Source: the human T2T-CHM13v2.0 reference genome, Homo sapiens. Taken from it: a stretch of DNA of 64,000 nt. Both the position numbers and the translations under genes were made by a program. This document shows, one piece after another, positions 52,601 to 64,000 of the stretch. The stretch lies in the NCBI RefSeq assembly GCF_009914755.1, contig NC_060944.1; one strand, given 5' to 3'. Numbering within the stretch: the first letter of the stretch is position 1; every line of letters starts with the position of its first letter. Under the pieces are notes generated by a model. It worked only from the letters and a program-made list of their open reading frames with translations, ran no database searches and was not told where the DNA came from.

Positions 52601-55600
52601 AAAGTTCTTTGTGATGCTTGCATTCAACTCACAGAGTTGAACATTCCCTTTCATACAGCAGTTTGGAAACACTCTTTTTGTAGTATCTGGAAGTGGACCT
52701 TTGGAGCGCTTTGGGGCCTAGGGTGAAAAAGGAAATATCCTCACCTAAAAACTAGACAGAAGCATTCTCAGAAACTTCTTTGTGATGTGTGTAGTGAACT
52801 CACAGAGTTGAACCTTTCTTTTGATACAGCAGTTTTGAAACACTCTTTTTGTAGAATCTGCAAGTGGTTATTTTGATAGCTTTGAGGCTTTCATTGGAAA
52901 CGGGAATATCTTCACATAAAAACTAGACAGAAGCATTCTCAGAAACATCTTTATGAAGTTTGCATTCAACTCAGAGAGTTGAACTTTCCATTCCATACAG
53001 CGGTTTTGAAACTCTCTTTTTCTAGAATCTGTAAGTGGAAACTTGGAGCGCTTCGAGGCCTATGGTGAAAAAGGGAATCTCTTCCCATAAAAAGTAGACA
53101 GAAGAATTCTCAGTAACTACTTTGTGATGTGTGTACTCAACTCACAGAGTTGAACTTTTCTTTTGAAAGAGAAGTTTTGAAACACTCTTTTTGTAGAATC
53201 TGCAAATGGGTATTTAGCCTGATTTGAGGCCTTCAGTGGAATGGGAATATCTTCACATAAAACTAGACAGAAGCATTCTCAGAAACTTCGTTGTGATGTG
53301 TGCATTCAACTCCCAGAGTTGAACCTCTCTTTTGATAGAGCAGTTCTGAAACAATCTTTTTGTGGTATCTGGAAGTGGACGTTTGGAGCGATTCGAGGCC
53401 TATGGTGAAAAAGGCAATATCTTCACCTAAAAACTAGACAGAAGCATTCTCAGAAACTGCTTTGTGATATGTGTAGTCAACTCACGGAGTTGAAACTTGG
53501 TTTTGATACAGCAGTTTTGAAACACTCTTTTTGTTAGAATCTTCAAGTGGATATTTGGATAGCTTTGAGGCTTTCATTGGAAACGGGAATATCTACACAT
53601 AAGAACTAGACAGAAGCATTCTCAGAAAGTTCTTTATGAAGTTCGCATTCAACTCACAGAGTTGTACCTTCCTTTTCACACAGCAGTTTTGAGAAATTCT
53701 TTTTGTAGAATCTGCAAGTGGACATTTGGAGTGATTTGAGACATAGGGTGAAAAAGGAATATCTTCCCATAAAAAGTAGACAGAAGCATTCTCAGAAACG
53801 ACTTTCTGATTTGTGTACTCAACTCACAGAGTTAAACCTTTCCTTTGATACAGCAGTTCGGAAACACTCTTCTTGTAGAATTTACGAGCGGATATAAGGA
53901 CAGCAGTGAGGCTTTCATCGGAAACGGAATATCTTCACATAAAAGTAGACAGAAGCATTCTCAGAAAGTTCTTTGTAATGTGTGCATTCAACTCACAGAG
54001 TTGAAACTTTCTTTTGATAGAGCAGATAGGAAGCCCTCTTTTTGTAGAATTTGCAAGTGGATATCTGGACAGCTTTGAGGCCTTCCCTGGAAACGAGTGT
54101 GTCTTCACATAAACACTAGACAGAAGCATCCTTAGAAACTTGTTGGTGATGCTTGCATTCAACTCACAGAATTGAACATTTCTTTTCCTAGAGCAGTTTT
54201 GAAACACTCTTTTTGTAGTATCTGGAAGCGGACATTTGGAGCACTTTGAGGCCTAGGGTGAAAAAGGAAATATCTTCACATAAAAACTAGACAGAAGCCT
54301 TCTCTGAAACTTCTTTGTGATGTGTGTACTCAACTCACAGAGCTGAACTTTTCTTCTCATAGATCAGATTTGAAACCCTCTTTTTGTAGAGTCTGCAAGT
54401 GTATATTTGGATAGCTTTGAGGATTTCATTGGAAACGGGAATATCTTCCCATAAAAACTAGAAAGAAGCATTCTCAGAAAGTTCTTTGTGATGCTTGCAT
54501 TCAACTCACAGAGTTGAACATTCCCTTTCATACAGCAGTTTGGAAACACTCTTTTTGTAGTATCTGGAAGTGGACCTTTGGAGCGCTTTGGGGCCTAGGG
54601 TGAAAAAGGAAATATCCTCACCTAAAAACCAGACAGAAGCATTCTCAGAAACTTCTTTGTGATGTGTGTAGTCAACTCACAGAGTTGAACCTTTCTTTTG
54701 ATACAGCAGTTTTGAAACACTCTTTTTGTAGAATCTGCAAGTGGTTATTTTGATAGCTTTGAGGCTTTCATTGGAAACGGGAATATCTTCACATAAAAAC
54801 TAGACAGAAGCATTCTCAGAAACATCTTTATGAAGTTTGCATTCAACTCAGAGAGTTGAACTTTCCATTCCATACAGCGGTTTTGAAACTCTCTTTTTCT
54901 AGAATCTGTAAGTGGAAACTTGGAGCGCTTCGAGGCCTATGGTGAAAAAGGGAATATCTTCCCATAAAAAGTAGACAGAAGAATTCTCAGTAACTACTTT
55001 GTGATGTGTGTACTCAACTCACAGAGTTGAACTTTTCTTTTGAAAGAGAAGTTTTGAAACACTCTTTTTGTAGAATCTGCAAATGGGTATTTAGCCTGCT
55101 GTGAGGCCTTCATTGGAAACGGGAATATCTTCACATAAAACTAGACAGAAGCATTCTCAGAAACTTCGTTGTGATGTGTGCATTCAACTCCCAGAGTTGA
55201 ACCTCTCTTTTGATAGAGCAGTTCTGAAACAATCTTTTTGTGGTATCTGGAAGTGGACGTTTGGAGCGATTCGAGGCCTATGGTGAAAAAGGCAATATCT
55301 TCACCTAAAAACTAGACAGAAGCATTCTCAGAAACTGCTTTGTGATATGTGTATTCAAGTCACGGAGTTGAAACTTGGTTTTGATGCAGCAGTTTTGAAA
55401 CACTCTTTTTGTTAGAATCTTCAAGTGGATATTTGGATAGCTTTGAGGCTTTCATGGGAAACGGGAATATCTACATATAAGAACTAGACAGAAGCATTCT
55501 CAGAAAGTTCTTTATGAAGTTCGCATTCAACTCACAGAGTTGTACCTTCCTTTTCACACAGCAGTTTTGAGACATTCTTTTTGTAGAATCTGCAAGTGGA

Positions 55601-58600
55601 CATTTGGAGTGATTTGAGACATAGGGTGAAAAAGGAATATCTTCCCATAAAAAGTCGACAGAAGCATTCTCAGAAACGACTTTCTGATTTGTGTACTCAA
55701 CCCACAGAGTTAACCCTTTCCTTTGATACAGCAGTTCGGGAACACTCTTCTTATAGAATTTACGAGCGGATATAAGGACAGCAGTGAGGATTTCATCGGA
55801 AACGGAATATCTTCACATAAAAGTAGAAAGAAGCATTCTCAGAAAGTTCTTTGTAATGTGTGCATTCAACTCACAGAGTTGAAACTTTCTTTTGATAGAG
55901 CAGATAGGAAGCCCTCTTTTTGTAGAATTTGCAAGTGGATATCTGGACAGCTTTGAGGCCTTCCCTGGAAACGAGTGTATCTTCACATAAACACTAGACA
56001 GAAGCATCCTCAGAAACTTGTTGGTGATGCTTGCATTCAACTCACAGAATTGAACATTTCTTTTCCTAGAGCAGTTTTGAAACACTCTTTTTGTAGTATC
56101 TGGAAGCGGACATTTGGAGCACTTTGAGGCCTAGGGTGAAAAAGGAAATATCTTCACATAAAAACTAGACAGAAGCATTCTCTGAAACTACTTTGTGATG
56201 TGTGTACTCAACTCACAGAATTGAACTTTTCTTCTCATAGATCAGATTTGAAACCCTCTTTTTGTAGAGTCTGCAAGTGTATATTTGGATAGCTTTGAGG
56301 ATTTCATTGGAAACGGGAATATCTTCCCATAAAAACTAGAAAGAAGCATTTTCAGAAAGTTCTTTGTGATGCTTGCATTCAACTCACAGAGTTGAACATT
56401 CCCTTTCATACAGCAGTTTGGAAACACTCTTTTTGTAGTATCTGGAAGTGGACCTTTGGAGCGCTTTGGGGCCTAGGGTGAAAAAGGAAATATCCTCACC
56501 TAAAAACTAGACAGAAGCATTCTCAGAAACTTCTTTGTGATGTGTGTAGTCAACTCACAGAGTTGAACCTTTCTATTGATACAGCAGTTTTGAAACACTC
56601 TTTTTGTAGAATCTGCAAGTGGTTATTTTGATAGCTTTGAGGCTTTCATTGGAAACGGGAATATCTTCACATAAAAACTAGACAGAAGCATTCTCAGAAA
56701 CTTCTTTATGAAGTTTGCATTCAACTCACAGAGTTGAACTTTCCATTCCATACAGCGGTTTTGAAACTCTCTTTTTCTAGAATCTGTAAGTGGAAACTTG
56801 GAGCGCTTCGAGGCCTATGGTGAAAAAGGGAATATCTTCCCATAAAAAGTAGACAGAAGAATTCTCACTAACTACTTTGTGATGTGTGTACTCAACTCAC
56901 AGAGTTGAACTTTTCTTTTGAAAGAGAAGTTTTGAAACACCCTTTTTGTAGAATCTGCAAATGGGTATTTAGCCTGATTTGAGGCCTTCATTGGAAACGG
57001 GAATATCTTCACATAAAACTAGACAGAAGCATTCTCAGAAACTTCGTTGTGATGTGTGCATTCAACTCCCAGAGTTGAACCTCTCTTTTGATAGAGCAGT
57101 TCTGAAACAATCTTTTTGTGGTATCTTTAAGTGGACGTTTGGAGCGATTCGAGGCCTATGGTGAAAAAGGCAATATCTTCACCTAAAAACTAGACAGAAG
57201 CATTCTCAGAAACTGCTTTGTGATATTTGTAGTCAAGTCACGGAGTTGAAACTTGGTTTTGATGCAGCAGTTTTGAAACACTCTTTTTGTTAGAATCTTC
57301 AAGTGGATATTTGGATAGCTTTGAGGCTTTCATGGGAAACGGGAATATCTACACATAAGAACTAGACAGAAGCATTCTCAGAAAGTTCTTTATGAAGTTC
57401 GCATTCAACTCACAGAGTTGTACCTTCCTTTTCACACAGCAGTTTTGAGACATTCTTTTTGTAGAATCTGCAAGTGGACATTTGGAGTGATTTGAGACAT
57501 AGGGTGAAAAAGGAATATCTTCCCATAAAAAGTAGACAGAAGCATTCTCAGAAACGACTTTCTGATTTGTGTACTCAACTCACAGAGTTAAACCTTTCCT
57601 TTGATACAGCAGTTCGGAAACACTCTTCTTGTAGAATTTACGAGCGGATATAAGGACAGCAGTGAGGATTTCATCGGAAACGGAATATCTTCACATAAAA
57701 GTAGACAGAAGCATTCTCAGAAAGTTCTTTGTAATGTGTGCATTTCAACTCACAGAGTTGAAACTTTCTTTTGATAGAGCAGATAGGAAGCCCTCTTTTT
57801 GTAGAATTTGCAAGTGGATATCTGGACAGCTTTGAGGTCTTCCCTGGAAACGAGTGTATCTTCACATAAACACTAGACAGAAGCATCCTCAGAAACTTGT
57901 TGGTGATGCTTGCATTCAACTCACAGAATTGAACATTTCTTTTCCTAGAGCAGTTTTGAAACACTCTTTTTGTAGTATCTGGAAGCGGACATTTGGAGCA
58001 CGTTGAGGCCTTGGGTGAAAAAGGAAATATCTTCACATAAAAACTAGACAGAAGCATTCTCTGAAACTTCTTTGTGATGTGTGTACTCAACTCACAGAGT
58101 TGAACTTTTCTTCTCATAGATCAGATTTGAAACCCTCTTTTTGTAGAGTCTGCAAGTGTATATTTGGATAGCTTTGAGGATTTCATTGGGAACGGGAATA
58201 TCTTCCCATAAAAACTAGAAAGAAGCATTCTCAGAAACTTCTTTGTGATGCTTGCATTCAACTCACAGAGTTGAACATTCCCTTTCATACAGCAGTTTGG
58301 AAACACTCTTTTTGTAGTATCTGGAAGTGGACCTTTGGAGCGCTTTGGGGCCTAGGGTGAAAAAGGAAATATCCTCACCTAAAAACCAGACAGAAGCATT
58401 CTCAGAAACTTCTTTGTGATGTGGGTAGTCAACTCACAGAGTTGAACCTTTCTTTTGATACAGCAGTTTTGAAACACTCTTTTTGTAGAATCTGCAAGTG
58501 GTTATTTTGATAGCTTTGAGGCTTTCATTGGAAACGGGAATATCTTCACATAAAAACTAGACAGAAGCATTCTCAGAAACTTCTTTATGAAGTTTGCATT

Positions 58601-58855
58601 CAACTCACAGAGTTGAACTTTCCATTCCATACAGCGGTTTTGAAACTCTCTTTTTCTAGAATCTGTAAGTGGAAACTTGGAGCGCTTCGAGGCCTATGGT
58701 GAAAAAGGGAATATCTTCCCATAAAAAGTAGACAGAAGAATTCTCAGTAACTACTTTGTGATGTGTGTACTCAACTCACAGAGTTGAACTTTTCTTTTGA
58801 AAGAGAAGTTTTGAAACACTCTTTTTGTAGAATCTGCAAATGGGTATTTAGCCTG
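43700..58855 (+). repeat. Near-perfect tandem duplication of a 7,511-bp (4-HOR) block
   Basis: Private variants recur at exactly +7511: GAGCTGAAC ~46832/~54343, GTCGAC 48143/55654, TATCTTTAAG ~49611/~57122, T insertion 50232/57743. Confidence 0.92.
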
Positions 58856-59499
58856 CTTTGAGGCCTTCATTGGAAACGGGAATATCTTCACATAAAACTA
58901 GACAGAAGCATTCTCAGAAACTTCGTTGTGATGTGTGCATTCAACTCCCAGAGTTGAACCTCTCTTTTGATAGAGCAGTTCTGAAACAATCTTTTTGTGG
59001 TATCTGGAAGTGGACGTTTGGAGCGATTCGAGGCGTATGGTGAAAAAGGCAATATCTTCACCTAAAAACTAGACAGAAGCATTCTCAGAAACTGCTTTGT
59101 GATATGTGTAGTCAACTCACGGAGTTGAAACTTGGTTTTGATGCAGCAGTTTTGAAACACTCTTTTTGTTAGAATCTTCAAGTGGATATTTGGATAGCTT
59201 TGAGGCTTTCATTGGAAACGGGAATATCTACACATAAGAACTAGAGAGAAGCATTCTCAGAAAGTTCTTTATGAAGTTCGCATTCAACTCACAGAGTTGT
59301 ACATTCCTTTTCACACAGCAGTTTTGAGAAATTCTTTTTGTAGAATCTGCAAGTGGACATTTGGAGTGATTTGAGACATAGGGTGAAAAAGGAATATCTT
59401 CCCATAAAAAGTAGACAGAAGCATTCTCAGAAACGACTTTCTGATTTGTGTACTCAACTCACAGAGTTAACCCTTTCCTTTGATACAGCAGTTCGGGAA

Positions 59500-61800
59500 C
59501 ACTCTTCTTATAGAATTTACGAGGGGATATAAGGACAGCAGTGAGGATTTCATCGGAAACGGAATATCTTCACATAAAAGTAGAAAGAAGCATTCTCAGA
59601 AAGTTCTTTGTAATGTGTGCATTCAACTCACAGAGTTGAAACTTTCTTTTGATAGAGCAGATAGGAAGCCCTCTTTTTGTAGAATTTGCAAGTGGATATC
59701 TGGACAGCTTTGAGGCCTTCCCTGGAAACGAGTGTATCTTCACATAAACACTAGACAGAAGCATCCTCAGAAACTTGTTGGTGATGCTTGCATTGAACTC
59801 ACAGAATTGAACATTTCTTTTCCTAGAGCAGTTTTGAAACACTCTTTTTGTAGTATCTGGAAGCGGACATTTGGAGCACTTTGAGGCCTAGGGTGAAAAA
59901 GGAAATATCTTCACATAAAAACTAGACTGAAGCATTCTCTGAAACTTCTTTGTGATGTGTGTACTCAACTCACAGAGTTGAACTTTTCTTCTCATAGATC
60001 AGATTTGAAACCCTCTTTTTGTAGAGTCTGCAAGTGTATATTTGGATAGCTTTGAGGATTTCTTTGGAAACGGGAATATCTTCCCATAAGAACTAGAAAG
60101 AAGCATTCTCAGAAACTTCTTTGTGATGCTTGCATTCAACTCACAGAGTTGAACATTCCCTTTCATACAGTAGTTTTGAAACACTCTTTTTGTAGTATCT
60201 GGAAGTGGACCTTTGGAGCGCTTTGAGGCCTAGGGTGAAAAAGGAAATATACTCACCTAAAAACTAGACAGAAGCATTCTCAGAAACTTCTTTGTGATGT
60301 GTGTAGTCAACTCACAGAGTTGAACCTTTCTTTTGATACAGCAGTTTTGAAACACTCTTTTTGTAGAATCTGCAAGTGGTTATTTTGATAACTTTGAGGC
60401 TTTGATTGGAAACGGGAATATCTTCACATAAAAACTAGACAGGAGCATTCTCAGAAACATCTTTATGAAGTTTGCATTCAACTCACAGAGTTTAACTTTC
60501 CGTTCCATACAGCAGTTTTGAAACTCTCTTTTTCTAGAATCTGTAAGTGGAAACTTGGAGCGCTTCGAGGCCTATGGTGAAAAAGGGAATATCTTCCCAT
60601 AAAAAGTAGACAGAAGAATGCTCAGTAACTACTTTGTGATGTGTGTACTCAACTCACAGAGTTGAACTTTTCTTTTGAAAGAGAAGTTTTGAAACACTCT
60701 TTTTGTAGAATCTGCAAATGGGTATTTAGCCTGCTTTGAGGCCTTCATTGGAAACGGGAATATCTTCACATAAAACAAGACAGAAGCATTCTCAGAAACT
60801 TCGTTGTGATGTGTGCATTCAACTCCCAGAGTTGAACCTCTCTTTTGATAGATCAGTTCTGAAACAATCTTTTTGTGGTAACTGGAAGTGGACGTTTGGA
60901 GCGATTCGAGGCCTATGGTGAAAAAGGCAATATCTTCACCTAAAAACTAGACAGAAGCATTCTCAGAAACTGCTTTGTGATATGTGTAGTCAACTCACGG
61001 AGTTGAAACTTGGTTTTGATGCAGCAGTTTTGAAACACTCTTTTTGTTAGAATCTTCAAGTGGATATTTGGATAACTTTGAGGCTTTCATTGGAAACGGG
61101 AATATCTACACATAAGAACTAGACAGAAGCATTCTCAGAAAGTTCTTTATGAAGTTCGCATTCAACTCACAGAGTTGTACCTTCCTTTTCACACAGCAGT
61201 TTTGAGACATTCTTTTTGTGGGATCTGCAAGTGGACAGTTGGAGTGATTTGACACCTAGGGTGAAAAAGGAATGTCTTCCCATAAAAAGTAGACAGAAGC
61301 ATTCTCAGAAACGACTTTCTGATTTGTGTACTCAACTCAAAGAGTTAAACCTTTCCTTTGATACAGCAGTTCGGAAACACTCTTCTTGTAGTCTTTACAA
61401 GCGGATATAAGGATAGCAGTGAGGATTTCATCGGAAACGGAATATCTTCACATAAAAGTAGACAGAAGCATTCTCAGAAAGTTCTTTGTAATGTGTGCAT
61501 TTCAACTCACAGAGTTGAAACTTTCTTTTGATAGAGCAGATAGGAAGCCCTCTTTTTGTAGAATTTGCAAGTGGATATCTGGACAGCTTTGAGGCCTTCC
61601 CTGGAAACGAGTGTATCTTCACATAAACACTAGACAGAAGCATCCTCAGAAACTTGTTGGTGATGCTTGCATTCAACTCACAGAATTGAACATTTCTTTT
61701 CCTAGAGCAGTTTTGAAACACTCTTTTTGTAGTATCTGGAAACGGACATTTGGAGCACGTTGAGGCCTAGGGTGAAAAAGGAAATATCTTCACATAAAAA
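59500..61800 (+). repeat. Divergent HOR haplotype (same 11-mer structure, many private substitutions)
   Basis: Dense variants absent or rare elsewhere, e.g. 60061 TCTTTGGAAA, 60441 AGGAGCATTC, 61219-61275 TGGGATCTGC...GACACCTAGG...AATGTC, 61391 GTCTTTACAAGCGG. Confidence 0.85.
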
Positions 61801-64000
61801 CTAGACAGAAGCATTCTCTGAAACTTCTTTGTGATGTGTGTACTCAACTCACAGAGTTGAACTTTTCTTCTCATAGATCAGATTTGAAACCCTCTTTTTG
61901 TAGAGTCTGCAAGTGTATATTTGGATAGCTTTGAGGATTTCATTGGAAACGGGAATATCTTCCCATAAAAACTAGAAAGAAGCATTCTCAGAAACTTCTT
62001 TGTGATGCTTGCATTCAACTCACAGAGTTGAACATTCCCTTTCATACAGCAGTTTGGAAACACTCTTTTTGTAGTATCTGGAAGTGGACCTTTGGAGCGC
62101 TTTGGGGCCTAGGGTGAAAAAGGAAATATCCTCACCTAAAAACCAGACAGAAGCATTCTCAGAAACTTCTTTGTGATGTGGGTAGTCAACTCACAGAGTT
62201 GAACCTTTCTTTTGATACAGCAGTTTTGAAACACTCTTTTTGTAGAATCTGCAAGTGGTTATTTTGATAGCTTTGAGGCTTTCATTGGAAACGGGAATAT
62301 CTTCACATAAAAACTAGACAGAAGCATTCTCAGAAACTTCTTTATGAAGTTTGCATTCAACTCACAGAGTTGAACTTTCCATTCCATACAGCGGTTTTGA
62401 AACTCTCTTTTTCTAGAATCTGTAAGTGGAAACTTGGAGCGCTTCGAGGCCTATGGTGAAAAATGGAATATCTTCCCATAAAAAGTAGACAGAAGAATTC
62501 TCAGTAACTACTTTGTGATGTGTGTACTCAACTCACAGAGTTGAACTTTTCTTTTGAAAGAGAAGTTTTGAAACACTCTTTTTGTAGAATCTGCAAATGG
62601 GTATTTAGCCTGCTGTGAGGCCTTCATTGGAAACGGGAATATCTTCACATAAAACTAGACAGAAGCATTCTCAGAAACTTCGTTGTGATGTGTGCATTCA
62701 ACTCCCAGAGTTGAACCTCTCTTTTGATAGAGCAGTTCTGAAACAATCTTTTTGTGGTATCTGGAAGTGGACGTTTGGAGCGATTCGAGGCGTATGGTGA
62801 AAAAGGCAATATCTTCACCTAAAAACTAGACAGAAGCATTCTCAGAAACTGCTTTGTGATATGTGTAGTCAACTCACGGAGTTGAAACTTGGTTTTGATG
62901 CAGCAGTTTTGAAACACTCTTTTTGTTAGAATCTTCAAGTGGATATTTGGATAGCTTTGAGGCTTTCATTGGAAACGGGAATATCTACACATAAGAACTA
63001 GAGAGAAGCATTCTCAGAAAGTTCTTTATGAAGTTCGCATTCAACTCACAGAGTTGTACCTTCCTTTTCACACAGCAGTTTTGAGACATTCTTTTTGTAG
63101 AATCTGCAAGTGGACATTTGGAGTGATTTGAGACATAGGGTGAAAAAGGAATATCTTCCCATAAAAAGTAGACAGAAGCATTCTCAGAAACGACTTTCTG
63201 ATTTGTGTACTCAACTCACAGAGTTAAACCTTTCCTTTGATACAGCAGTTCGGAAACACTCTTCTTGTAGAATTTACGAGCGGATATAAGGACAGCAGTG
63301 AGGATTTCATCGGAAACGGAATATCTTCACATAAAAGTAGACAGAAGCATTCTCAGAAAGTTCTTTGTAATGTGTGCATTCAACTCACAGAGTTGAAAAT
63401 TTCTTTTGATAGAGCAGATAGGAAGCCCTCTTTTTGTAGAATTTGCAAGTGGATATCTGGACAGCTTTGAGGCCTTCCCTGGAAACGAGTGTATCTTCAC
63501 ATAAACACTAGACAGAAGCATCCTCAGAAACTTGTTGGTGATGCTTGCATTCAACTCACAGAATTGAACATTTCTTTTCCTAGAGCAGTTTTGAAACACT
63601 CTTTTTGTAGTATCTAGAAGCGGACATTTGGAGCACTTTGAGGCCTAGGGTGAAAAAGGAAATATCTTCACATAAAAACTAGACAGAAGCATTCTCTGAA
63701 ACTTCTTTGTGATGTGTGTACTCAACTCACAGAGTTGAACTTTTCTTCTCATAGATCAGATTTGAAACCCTCTTTTTGTAGAGTCTGCAAGTGTATATTT
63801 GGATAGCTTTGAGGATTTCATTGGGAACGGGAATATCTTCCCATAAAAACTAGAAAGAAGCATTCTCAGAAACTTCTTTGTGATGCTTGCATTCAACTCA
63901 CAGAGTTGAACATTCCCTTTCATACAGCAGTTTGGAAACACTCTTTTTGTAGTATCTGGAAGTGGACCTTTGGAGCGCTTTGGGGCCTAGGGTGAAAAAG

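Larger units (their letters stand above)
1..64000 (+). repeat. Alpha satellite HOR array, 11-mer (~1877-1879 bp), ~34 tandem head-to-tail copies, one orientation
   Basis: Alphoid motifs (CATTCTCAGAAAC, TCAACTCACAGAGTTGAAC, GCAGTTTTGAAACACTCTTTTTGTAGAATCTGCAAGTGG) recur every ~171 bp. The same ORF-track entries recur every 1877-1879 bp (1279, 3157, 5034 ... 63237). No non-satellite interruption was seen. Confidence 0.99.

Noticed and set aside
1279-63941. Recurrent 61-97 aa ORFs on both strands (MIQQFGN..., MFQNCSR..., MFPNCCM..., MRPSLET...)
   Set aside because: These are typical chance translations of alpha satellite (HSQK, CIQLTEL, FLRMLLS). They overlap on opposite strands, the nominal starts are often TTG/GTG, and they appear or vanish with neutral SNVs. 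They were used only as haplotype markers.
1-64000. CRISPR-like or other prokaryotic repeat-spacer system
   Set aside because: The sequence between the conserved motifs is itself homologous repeat rather than unique spacer, and there are no cas or other genes.

Overview
The whole 64 kb window is one uninterrupted, single-orientation array of primate (hominid-type) centromeric alpha satellite. It consists of ~171-bp monomers arranged as an 11-monomer higher-order repeat (HOR) of 1877-1879 bp, present in ~34 near-identical tandem copies. The monomers resemble the D1/D2 (SF2/SF02-related) types, with A-box/B-box order A-B-A-B-A-B-A-B-B-A-B. None of the six B-box positions is a canonical CENP-B box: the core TTCG is TTCA or TTCC. 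This points to an inactive, non-kinetochore HOR array. I see no genes, RNA genes, transposon insertions, inversions or CRISPR arrays, and all listed ORFs are artefacts of the repeat. I found no evidence for a new protein-coding system. The real signal is the array's history, readable from shared SNVs: an older 4-monomer duplication inside the HOR, a 13,141-bp (7-HOR) duplication, a very recent 7,511-bp (4-HOR) tandem duplication with a mappable breakpoint, single-HOR amplifications, non-adjacent block sharing, and a more divergent, partly ancestral haplotype near the right end. All comparisons were made by eye, not by alignment.
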